Positions 53,184-64,000 of a stretch of DNA of 64,000 nucleotides are shown piece after piece (positions within the stretch are counted from its first letter, which is position 1; each line of letters starts with the position of its first letter). The notes under the pieces are model-generated. The model did not search any database. It was given only the letters and a program-made list of their open reading frames with translations, and was not told the DNA's origin. Origin of the DNA: Carcharhinus amblyrhynchos (Eukaryota). The translations under genes and the position numbers were made by a program. Location of the stretch: assembly GCA_965287045.1 (NCBI GenBank), contig OZ336890.1, positions 27,528,001 to 27,592,000 of the forward strand. The letters run 5' to 3'.

Positions 53184-55221
53184 ACACCTCTTGATCAGGA
53201 TAACTACTCTGATTATAACATTTATGGACTTGGGATACCAATCTTTCTTCTCCAACTTGTGTTAGGCTATGGAGGCAATTTCTATATTGTGACCTTTGTT
53301 GTTTCCAAGTAGCCTGTTACATAAAGGGTGGAGCATATTTGCACTGTTTTTCTTAAGAAACATATATTTTGACATACAAATTTGATTTATAATAAATAAC
53401 ACAAAGAACATTAAATTTAAAACAGATGTTCAAACAAATTGAGAGTCTGCAAGGAAACAAACTAAAAGTAGAACAGTTTCTAGACATTCTTTCCATTGTC
53501 TTTACTACATGTTGCTACTCCCTAAAACCTCATAAAGGTCAGGACAGCTACAGTCTATCCAAACACATCACTAATAGCCCCCTTCTGTAAAGCACTGACG
53601 CATTTTAACATGTCCTCTGGATAAAATGCATTCTGTACCCTACAACCAATCAATATACAAAGTCACACTAAATTTCAGATAGAAGTGCTCTTGATTTCAT
53701 ACAATGGTCCATAGGTAAAGTTCTCAATACTGTAAACATTCAATGTGTTTGAAATGAAATCGATTGTTGGAATCACTGTTAGGGTAATGGACTCCTGATT
53801 GAGAATGCGAAAACAGCCTCTTAAACACAGAATACTCCTTAAAGATAAATGGGGTGACATTCCTCTGGTTAATAAATTTACTGAACAGGTCAGTATGAGA
53901 TCAAAGGCAAATCCTGTTTTATAATTATGCCAACTGTTCCCACCAAAATTAATGTTAGGAAGACTTCCATCTTTAGTTTCCCAGTTCATTGGCTCATCTA
54001 CACAAGGGACAGAAAGGGGTTGTGAGGTGGAAGGGTCTGTTTCCCCACTAGCAAGGACATCAGAAAAGCAGAATTAATAATTTCATAGTTATGTACGTTT
54101 ATTGGAAGGTTTAGGCTAAACTACAAAACTACAGGACAGTTCAATTTCAGTGAAGTAAGTGTAAAGATTTGGGGGCTTGGCGGAGTGGTGGGGTGCGGTA
54201 AAAGGTGTTAGAATCCAATTTTCAGAGTGCAAGAGTACATCATGTCAGTCATTTCTCAAGTGATAGGCTTGCTCACAAAATACTCAAACAAAAATTCCTT
54301 TTCAGCTCCCAAAAAGAGTTTGTTTTTCAGTTTCATACAAGAAACTATCTTGTTCACTGTTAACAGATACCGTGTTGTACAAATAGGTTATGTCCTTATG
54401 TGAGAATCAAATGGTCTGTCTGCACGTGCAACAAAGATTTTTTAAAAAAGATGTTTTCATTGCCAGTGAAGCTTAACAAACCTCCATGCTTGAGCTCAAT
54501 AGTCATCTTTTAAACAAATGCCTCAGGTAAAATAATTATGTTCTGGCGCTGTTGCTCAGAAGTTGTTTGGAGCAGTAAAAAGTTTAAATCTGTGCCATTG
54601 ATGCGGTTTTATTTTCAGATCTTTTCAGATGTTTAAAGCCCATTATTAGGGGTGAGGGAGAGGTAATTTGTTTTCTATCCTTTCCTTTTTCTTGTCTCCT
54701 TGTGGCTTGTACCTTCTCCAGCCAAGGGTATGAGTTGAATCAGATCGCAATAGATAACAATCTTTTACAAATTGCATGAGTTTTGTAGAGAAACATGGTC
54801 TGATTTAACTTTTCTCCATTAAGGAAGATTTTATGTTCCAGAGAGTGTCTCCCAATGATGCCACTTTTAAGATGATGTGGACTCTTGATCCCATTAGTCT
54901 TCAGGACTACAATTTGGAGTTCTAATTCTCTGTGTGTTGCTCAAAGCCAATTTCTTTCAGAAGAATGAAAAGAAAGCCACCTTTTTAATGTTTTACATGC
55001 ATATGCAATCTTTTGACATTTTACAATTCTGATCCAAACTGTCTAATTAATGGTGCTCCATCATAAAGATGCACTCATTGATGCAAAGTGTTAGGGGATA
55101 GTCTCATTTCAAACACCCAATATCAACATAAATATTATCAGGTTAGACATGGTATGTAGCCTGATGCAATATCAAGCTCCCTTTCCTCTGCTCAAAAACC
55201 AAACTTATGAAGTTTAAAAAA

Positions 55222-55482
55222 ATTATTAGTGTGACAAGTAGGCTTGCATTAACACTGCAAATGAAGTTACTGTGAAAATCCCCTAGTCACCACACTCCGC
55301 CTATTTGGGTATATGGAGGGAGAATTTAGCACGGCCAGTGCACCTAACCAGCATGTCTTTCTGACTGTGGGAGGAAACTGGAGCAAACACGGGGATAATG
55401 TGCAGATTCTGCACAGTGACGCAAGCTGGGAATCGAACACAGGTCCCTAGCGCTGTGAGGTCTTCAGTGCTAACCACTCTGC
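55222..55482 (-). mobile_element. HE1/V-SINE-like element, tail type B
   Basis: Reverse complement of tail B, core and head. Confidence 0.9.
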
Positions 55483-56154
55483 CTGATATCACTGATAGAC
55501 ATTATTCGTCAGCTAGAAAGGTTTGCTTTATTTCAAACAGGGTTAATTTCCAAGATCCAGCATCCTGGTGAAAATTGCGTAACACAACAGCAGTAAGTCA
55601 GCTGTGATGTCAGCTTGTCCAGAATGCAATTTTGTCGGAAGGGTGAGTAATGGATATGACCAGGAGCACAATTAGGAGCTGGATTTCTGTTAGTCAGCAG
55701 CACGTGCCGCAGAACACTTGGCAGATAACCATCTTGTGACTAATGAACTCAAATGTACCATTTTTGAAATGGGGATTGACTTTCTCATTAATTCCAATTT
55801 GGTTAAAAATATGACAAAAAGATTTATGCTTTAGCTGTGAGTCATTGTGCTTTTCAGGAAAATTGTGCACAAAATTAAATTGGTCTGGAGTCTACCAGCA
55901 CATAATTAAATACCAACAAGCGGAGAAATCACTTTTAATTAAAATAACATTAGCAAGACATGGCCACCAAGTAAGAGTTTGACAATGTGTGTTTTTCCAA
56001 CTCATGCTCTTGTTGTTTCTAGACTAAGACTACAACCACTCAGCAATCATTATCATTGATAACTTGTGACAAATGCCTGTCTTCTAGTGCTTGTGATTAA
56101 ATGGGGTGCTTGCGATTTGGAAGATTTGTCATGCCTTATCACATTTGACACTCA

Positions 56155-56520
56155 ATTCAATGAATTACTTTGAAGTGCGGTAACTTATTATTTATGCAAA
56201 TCCCGTCTGCCATTTTGTGCACAGCAAGATCCCACAAATATCAGCAAAATCTCCAGTGCTCAGTGCTGTCGGTTGACTCAAAAGTGTTGGCACTCCCTGC
56301 TTTTCAAATCTAGATAGGTAAAGTCCATAGGTATCTCTCTCAATTAGAGTGAGACAATTGGTTGTATAGCTTGAGGGACATCACTTCAAGTCAAGTGTGG
56401 GGCAAGATAAGGAAAGAAGGATCTTTTGCAATCCCCAAACTTGGCAGGCCTGGTCTTGGATTAACATCTCATCCAAAGAGCAGTTAATTTGACAATGCAG
56501 CACCACTTCAGCACTGCATT
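56155..56520 (-). mobile_element. Degraded Deu-domain SINE
   Basis: AATGAATTACTTTGAAGTG..GCCATTTTGTGCACAGCAAGATCCCACAAA..TTAACATCTCATCCAAA..GACAATGCAGCAC..TCAGCACTGCA. Confidence 0.6.
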
Positions 56521-56661
56521 CATGGGGCTGCATTTTATGTGCCCCATCTGACATGTTTTTGGTGGGGAGATGCGTAAAATAGGAGAGGTGCCCAATTCAC
56601 CACCTTCCCACCCACCCCCACTTCCAAAATACACCCAAAATTGACAGCCCAGCTGCCATAT

Positions 56662-57130
56662 GGCTGTACGGTGGCATAGTGGTTAGTACTGCTGCCTCAC
56701 AGAGCCAGGGACTCGGGGTTCAATTCTGGCCTTGGGTGACTGTCAGATTGAACTTGCATATTCTCCCCGTGTCTGCATGGGTTTCCTCCTGCTGCTTCGG
56801 TTCCCTCCCACAGTCCAAAGGCGTGCAAGTTAGGTGGATTGGCCATACTAAATTTCCCCTTACTATCCAAATATGTGCAGGTTAGGTGGATTGACCATGC
56901 TAAACACCCCTTTATTGTCCAAATATGTGCAGGTTAGTTGGATTGGCCATGCTAAATTTCTCCTTGGTATCAAAAGATATGCAGGTTAGGTGAATTGGCC
57001 ATGGTCGATGCATGGATTATAGGGATAGGACAGGGAAGTGGAGCTAGGTAGAGTCCTCTTTCGGAAGGTTGGTGCAGACTCAATGGGCTGAATGGCCTCT
57101 TTCTGCACTGTAAGGATACTATGGTTCTAT
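56662..57130 (+). mobile_element. HE1/V-SINE-like element, type A, with internal tandem expansion
   Basis: Head, core, four ~52 bp units (last partial), tail A. Confidence 0.9.
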
Positions 57131-57144
57131 TTAAACAGATAATC

Positions 57145-57213
57145 AAAGAACAAAGAACAAAGAACAACACAGCACGGGAAACAGGCCCTTCGGCCCAACG
57201 AGCCCGCGCCGCT
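57145..57213 (-). mobile_element. Very short CR1-type 3' terminus with (TTCTTTG)n tail
   Basis: CAAAGAA x3 then GGGAAACAGGCCCTTCGGCCCAACGAGCCC; near-identical copy at ~40450-40524. Confidence 0.75.
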
Positions 57214-57911
57214 GTCCCAATCACAGGTCAATTAGGCGTGCTACCAAGCCTGATACGATGCTGGCCATACCATAAAATGCTTGGTGTGGCAGTCAGTTGA
57301 TCAGTTTGATTTTCTAAATACATTTTTTGAAGGACAGGAAGCAAGGGAGGTTCTATCTTTACGGGCTGCCCTTTGCAGATCAGTGGCCACGGCCTCCCTA
57401 AGATCAAATCCCCCTTTCTTCCTACCTACCCACTGCTTTAAACCCCGACCTCTCTGCCCCTTCCCTCCCTGTCCAAGACTCTGGTGTACCTGTTTCTGAA
57501 GTCTTTTTCTGCTTCCTTTTTGCAGTTCTGGTAGCACCCACTAATACGTTCTGAGTACTGCAGGGTCTAATGGAGCTGTTGGCAGCTTCTGAGGGCATGA
57601 CTTCCTTCTCACTGAGGGGTGGAAGTCCCACACCGGCAGAGTTTAACCTGTCCACAATGCTTTATGGCTGCAGGGTGGGCTGGAGTGGAGCGGGTTGGCT
57701 CCATGTTGAGTTTGCATCTGTAGAGGTGCAAGCTTGCTCCAACCGCACCCCCGCCCCCCACCCAGTAATATTTAGCCCAAAATCTGTGTGGGGTCTGAGA
57801 GACTAACTGAGAGACACAATATTACGAACTAAATCAATTCAAGGGACGTGTGATGTTGGAACAAAAACCAAAATATCTGTGATAAATTGGTATCTGGTGC
57901 CAGTGACAAAT

Positions 57912-58158
57912 TCCAGCCTCAGGTTTGCACATTCTCTCAGTGTCTGCATGGGTTCCCCTGGGTGCTTTGGTTTCCTTCCACAGACTAAAAATGTGCGGGT
58001 TAGATGGATTAACCATGGTAAATTGCCCCTCAGTATCAGGGGGATTAGAAGGGTAAATATGTGGGGTTACAGGGATAAGGCCTGGGTGGGATTGTTATCG
58101 GTGCAAGTTCGATGGGCCGAATGGCTTCTCTCTGCATTGTAGGGATCCTATGGTTCGA
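57912..58158 (+). mobile_element. HE1/V-SINE-like element, 5'-truncated, tail type A
   Basis: Core plus tail TCGATGGGCCGAATGGC..GTAGGGATCCTATG. Confidence 0.88.
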
Positions 58159-59658
58159 TGATAAACATTTGGGGAAGTATATCAACGAAGATTAAATTTT
58201 AAATGGGCTCATTATTTTGTCTGACTGTAAGTCAACCAGCTAGATGCTTGTGATTTTGTTGAAGTTGATGGAGCTTGCTAATCAGCTGTATAAATCATTC
58301 ATTAATTCACCTTTGTCGCCCTGACAGCTCCATATTCATTTACACAATGCTCTCACTCTTGTCATTAATTCAATCATTTGCAAAACCAAGTGCCTCAATA
58401 ATAGAATTCTGTGTAAATGGAGGCTGTAACACAATCACTGTTAACTCTGGAGAGATGCAATTAGATTATTGCACAGCACTGTATTCATGCAATAACTAAA
58501 ATATTCACGGTTAAAATGTGGTGCTTTCTGCTGCCACTTCAGTTGCAAATTTCCTGACAAATCATAAGTGATGGCTAATTGAAATCCATCATTAAAAGTG
58601 TAATTTTCATTATTTGTCTGCTCTCTTCATGATTTTAGCTTCTCCTCTGTTGTGTTAGTATGCTCTGCGTGATGTGACTGTGTGGTATGCACATCTGGTT
58701 TAAATATTATTCTATTTTAATAAACACTATTCAATTAGAGGTGGTGAAAATATAGAAGTACAATGCACAAAACGGATCTTTTCCCCTGATACAGGAACAA
58801 CAACAGACTGTAAGCTTCCTCAACTATCACTAACAACCTTCTTTGCATTTTAGAATCATAATTATAAAGAGGGTGCAAGACGCGCAACTTTTCACACTGG
58901 AGACCAGCTTTGGACAAAGGTATTTATGCGAGCACTTGTGCAGTTATTTTTTTACACTGCTGTCCAAATTTCTGTCATTCACAGTGCAAGAACCAGAGGC
59001 AAAGGGCAGATGTCTTCTGGCTCGAGAACACAAATACTGGAGCTGACCCTTGATGAAGGTACTTCAAACGCTTAATTATTTGAAGGCACGGGAAATATTA
59101 TTTTAATAGGAAACCTCACGCATCTGCTACCAGCATTCTGAGTTGAGGGAAATTAGTTTTTGTTGCTGCATAATTGCTAAGTCAGTAACTTTCCTAATGA
59201 ATAATGCCACAAGGAACACTATTAACTCCCTGTCAGCTTAATTGCATTGGTCTAACTAACTGATCATTTAGAAGATGGAGCATGCTTTCTGAAGTAAGCA
59301 TTTTTTGAATGCCAAATCACCTCATGCTTACAGTACCAAATTGCAGGATTCCTCTAAACTGACACTTTATGGGTCAGCTGGTTTTGATATTTAAACTATA
59401 AACATGATACAGACTCAATGGCTTAGCTTTTTACATTGGCAGGAATAAAAGCACTAATCACAGACATTCCATATACTCCAGGCACTGTAGAAATACACAG
59501 AAAGGTTTGATCGATATATGAATGGGGAATTACTTGTTAAGACTTGAGGTGTGTTAAAATCTTAATAACAAATCTCTTTCTGGAAATGGTTGTCCAACTA
59601 GTCAGATCTCTTGCTTTCAGTACATGCGTACTTTCCAGTGTAGGTTACCGGTTAGTGA

Positions 59659-60085
59659 TCATAGAATCCTTACAGTGTGGAAGAAGGCCATTGGGCCCAT
59701 TGAGTCTGCACCAACTCTCCAATGGAAGATGCCATCCAGGCCCCAAAACCGTAACCTCATGTGTTTAACATGCCAATCACCTTAACCTACACAATTGTGC
59801 ATAGAGAGATATGGGCCAAATGCGGGCAATTAGGATTAGCTTAGAGTAGCATGGACAAGTTGGGTCGAAGGGCTGTAAACCTCTATGACTCTATTTTTGG
59901 ACACTAAAGGGCAATTCAGCATGGCCAATCAACCTAACCTGCATTTCATTGGACTGTGGGAGGAAACCAGAGCCCCTGGAGGAAACCCATGCAAATGCCA
60001 CACAGTCACACAAGGCTGGGTTCGAACCTGAGCTCCTGGGACTGTGTGGCAACAGTGGTAACCACTGTGCTACTGTGCCACCCCC
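59659..60085 (-). mobile_element. HE1/V-SINE-like element, type A, with a nested plus-strand CR1 tail (~59800-59893)
   Basis: Tail A, then insert GATATGGGCCAAATGCGGGCAATTAGGATTAG..CTCTATGACTCTAT, then core and head. Confidence 0.82.
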
Positions 60086-60514
60086 TCAGTAGAGGAAATA
60101 CTGATATTCCACCACCACCACAATCCTCCTCCCCAACCAATCCACCACACCACACCCCCCCCCTCAACCAGCCTCAATAAAGTGGGAATAGCCTTTTAAA
60201 CTTGGTGCCACGCTTTTTCTGTCTCCAATTTGACTCAAAACACTGTATTAACTTCTATGTAGGGCAAAAAATATTTTCAGTCACTTTTGTAATCTGCTAC
60301 CCAAATCCAGAGATACCATAATGTGCTGCAGTTGTTGAAGGCATAAATAGATGTCAATATTGAGTAACTAATATCACTATTATCTTTACTTCTCTTTCAC
60401 CCTAGAAAGGATACAGGAGAGGTTTATGTTATTACCAGGAATAAGGGAATTATTATCTTCTTCACCTAATAAAAACTGACTCAATTCTTTCCAATATTCA
60501 GAGTAATGTTGTAA

Positions 60515-62700
60515 AGTCATAAAGGTTTACAGCACAATTTTGGTCCACTATGCCTGTGCTGGCCTGTTTAATGAGCTGTCCAGTTTAGTCCCATACTTCA
60601 GCTTCCCCTGAAAATTAGTTATCTTCAAGTACATGTCCGATCGTCTTTTGAAAGTTACAGTGGAATCTGATTTCACCACAATTTCAGGCACTACCTTCCA
60701 GATTTTGACCTTCTGTGTGAAGAAATTACTCCTCATTTCTCCTTTAATTTTTTTTATCAGTCTTTTTTATTCTTTCAGGAATATGGGCATCTCATGCAAG
60801 GCCAGCATTTATTGCCCAACTCTAACTGCCCTTAAGGGGGTGGGTTATTGACCCACTTCCCAAATAGTTTCTCCTTGCTTGCTGTATCATCACCACCCCC
60901 TCCACCAACTCATTTTGCATACATCTGTTAGATCTCTCCTAAAGCTTCTCTGCTCTAAGGAGAAGAATCTCAGGAGGTCTCAGCGTGTCTGAATTCCCTT
61001 ATTTTTGGTTGGTACTCCGGCAGAGGACTTGTAAAGGTTTGGAATGTCCTTGTCTTTGTTCTACTTACAAAACCAAATATTCCAAACAATTTCTTAATAG
61101 TTTCCTCAAATTTCCTTCCCATCTGCGTGGATTTCTGAACATACAACTCCCGATCCCAGCTTTCACATCTCTCTCAAAACAGTCAGATTATATTACCCCC
61201 TTCTTTCTTTCAAAGTTCTTTCAAAGTTTCTTTCAAAGTTCATCACCTTACATTTACCACTTCAAGTCACATCTGTCATGCTCTCTGCCCATTTCATCAA
61301 TCTGTGACAACCAGATGTGATGTGAGCAAAATCTTTTTTGGGTTCGGAAGGCACTGCCTGGAAGTGTGATGGAGGCAGTTTCAATCTAGGCATTCAAGAG
61401 GGTATTAGATGATTACTTGATTAGGAATAATATGCAGGGGCACAAGGGAAATGCAAGGGAATGGCACTAAGTTATGATGCTTTCTCGCAGAGCTGGTGAA
61501 GACACAGTGGGCCAAATGGCACTGTCTCTCTTCCCTCTGTTTGTCACTACTCTTTGCTCCCCCAATTATGTACCGAGCTCCCACCATCATTTCTATTTTA
61601 CATGTAAGTCTATGATGCTTCATTAAATGACCTTGAAAGTCCACATTTAGTGCACAACCTTCAACAATTCTCCCTATTACTTCATGAAATAACTCAATCA
61701 GGTTAGTTAGAGATGATTTGTTATTAACAAATGCTTGCTGGCTATCCCTTATCCTTGCCCTTTTCTTTGAAGGGGGGTGTAATTTTGCACTCCTCTAGTC
61801 CTCTGGCACCATTCCCATATCCAAGAGAATTAACAAAAAAACTGTGGCCATAGCTGTTTCTATCCTCATCTGAGCTTTCTTCAGCAACCTTGGAAGCTTC
61901 CCATCTGGATTGGGTGACATGTTAACTTTGGGTAACACCAACCAATTTACTAATACTTTCTACCTATTTTTATCTTACTGAATATCTCTACTGCCCCATC
62001 CTCTGGTCAAGTTTCATCCTCTTCTTTTGTAAAGGCAGATACAATGTACTCATTCAGTATCTTAGCCATACCCTCTGCCTTCACAAGAAGATTATATTTT
62101 TTGTCCATAACCAGCCCTACTATTCTTTTAATTATCATAGAATCCCTACAGTGCAAAAGGAGGCCATTTGAGTCTGCACCAACCCATGTCCAGCCCCCAT
62201 CCTATTCCCGTGGCCGCTAATCCCCTTAAGCTACACATCTTGGGATACTCAGTGGTAACTTAGCACGGCCAATCCACCTAACCTGCACATTTTTGGAGTG
62301 TGGGAGGAAACCGGAGCACCCGGAGGAAACTCACATACACAGGAGAATGTGCAAACTCTACACATACCGTCATCCAAGGCCAGGATCCTTTAACTTTTTA
62401 TACATTTAGAAAATATTTTAGATTTCTCTTTTCGCTACATGCTTTTTTTTTCTCATTTTGTTTCTCTGTTTGCCTTTCTTACACCCTTTTTCCACTTCTA
62501 TAGCACTTTCTGCGTTTTGCCTTTTTAATGCATTCTGTATCTGGCACATATCATAAACTTCCTTCTTCTGTTTTATTTTAACCACTATTTCCTTTGTGGT
62601 CCAGGGATTTCTAGCTTTTGATAACCTATCTGTCCTCCTTATGGGAATATCTGTGGTTTGTACCCAAAGTATCTCTTCCACCTTGAAGGCCAGGCTCATT
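60515..62700 (-). mobile_element. Fragmented CR1 LINE with nested elements (plus-strand CR1 tail ~61325-61540; SINE at 62136)
   Basis: MRSNFFTQK..IWK..PE.VV..DS..TFKR..D remnant; ..IP.R.....K...PW.TKEI...IKQKKE.Y remnant. Confidence 0.7.
62136..62385 (-). mobile_element. HE1/V-SINE-like element, tail type A
   Basis: CATAGAATCCCTACAGTGC..GGAGGAAACCGGAGCACCCGGAGGAAAC. Confidence 0.88.
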
Positions 62701-64000
62701 AATGTCACCAAAGATTTACTAGCATAATATGAGGAATGGGAAGGGCTTGACATGGAGTTTAAGGCAATAAATGGAACCACCTTTTTGAAATGGTTTGTAA
62801 ACACATTCAGAACATTTCAATTGAATTGCTGTCTTGTAACTCACTATGCTTCAATTTTGTATTATTAATATATAATTTGTTTGTGGGAGATGAGCTTCAA
62901 TTAATTAGCCACACAGCTGTTTACACCAGATAAAGTAATGATGAATAAATGAGCATTGATTATTAGTGAATTGGATGAAAAGTGGTCAACAGTTTTGTTC
63001 AGCATGCCTATGACACTTTCGAACATTGAAAACAGCACAGCAACACAGATGAAAAGTTTGATTTCAAGGATCCTTTAAAGAATGCAGCTCATGACTGTTT
63101 ATTTTGAAGCACGTCACCCTCAAAATTTCTTGTGTTGTGATCCCAACAATGTCTTCCAGCACAGATCCGATTGATACTTTGTGGAGAAACCAGAAAGACA
63201 CCTCATCTGTATAGCTTAGATGGCAAGTAGCCTGTGGTCATAACTCTGGCAGCTTCTTGCCCATCTGTGCCAGCAATTAGTGTGTCCACCCATCAATGGG
63301 AGGATCTTTTCCCAAAGCTCTCTCCCCATCCCACCGCAAACTTGCCAATGACCTGATTTATCTTCTAAAGAAAGGGGGATCAATTTTACATTGTTAAAAG
63401 AAATGAAGATCCTTCCAACATACCTCATCCAAGATGTCAATCTGCATTCGTGAGCCATTGGCCACACTAATGGATGAAGAAGCGAAATGAGCAAATGCCA
63501 TAGCCCCAATCCTTCTCTCACTCAATATTTACACACATAACTTCCAATAAGGTACAAAGATTTGCAATGACAAACACTGCCTGTTGTGTCCTTTTACTAC
63601 CTTGGGTCATTGCAGTCAACACCACAACACCAATTAAAACGAGCTAATTTAACACATGCCAGGAGTCAAAACTAGGACCTTTTGGCCCAGAGGGAGCCTG
63701 CATTCTAATCTGGGTGAAAAATGGAAATCATAGCGTTAGGGAAATAATGCACAAAGAAAGTTGATGCCATGGTTAATATCAGATTTCTGAGAGCATAGAA
63801 AATAACTTGAAGTATATGTTAAATTCAAACTAGATGATCAGATTAAAAATGCAAGTGGAATGAGTGAAAGAATCAAGTCTTCTTTTATAAAATGGTTATG
63901 AACACTGCAGTTCATAGGTGCCAGTGACTGTTAGATGCTGCATAACATTAGTCCAAATAGGCCATGTCAATTTTATTTACGTAACCAATTGGTGACAAGC

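Noticed and set aside
56814-57004. Regularly spaced repeats resembling a CRISPR array
   Set aside because: Contiguous tandem units without unique spacers, inside a eukaryotic SINE; no cas genes
57690-57735. Minus-strand peptide LHLYRCKLNME resembling netrin EGF-2 LHARRCRFNME (the missing upstream exon)
   Set aside because: Flanking residues and cysteine spacing do not match, and there is no suitable splice acceptor; treated as chance similarity
59046-59075. TTGATGAAGGTACTTCAAACGCTTAA as a plus-strand hammerhead
   Set aside because: Both core boxes deviate (TTGATGA, CAAAC) and the Penelope-like flank is unconvincing

Overview
This is AT-rich, repeat-dense vertebrate genomic DNA, almost certainly from a cartilaginous fish (shark), judging from about 20 HE1/V-SINE-like elements and shark-type CR1, Deu-SINE and Penelope relics. 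The window lies inside a netrin-1 (NTN1) gene on the minus strand. Three internal coding exons are present with canonical AG/GT boundaries: 39788-39639 (150 bp, laminin-EGF repeat 3), 37581-37528 (54 bp, linker) and 22058-21984 (75 bp, start of the NTR/C345C domain). I could not find the upstream EGF exon or the terminal exon, so they presumably lie outside the window. The rest is intron: retroposon fragments (often nested), short TIR elements, microsatellites and several repeat-free blocks that look like enhancers. Nearly all other ORFs in the track are spurious or LINE debris. I see no clearly novel multi-gene system. The most interesting signals are one SINE head carrying two alternative LINE-derived tails, hammerhead-ribozyme relics in Penelope-like termini, a ~250 bp local inverted duplication inside a SINE, a cluster of fold-backs upstream of the 150 bp exon, and frame-symmetric exons bracketed by inverted SINEs. 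Repeat boundaries were read by eye and are approximate; repeat family names come from recalled consensus features, not a database search.
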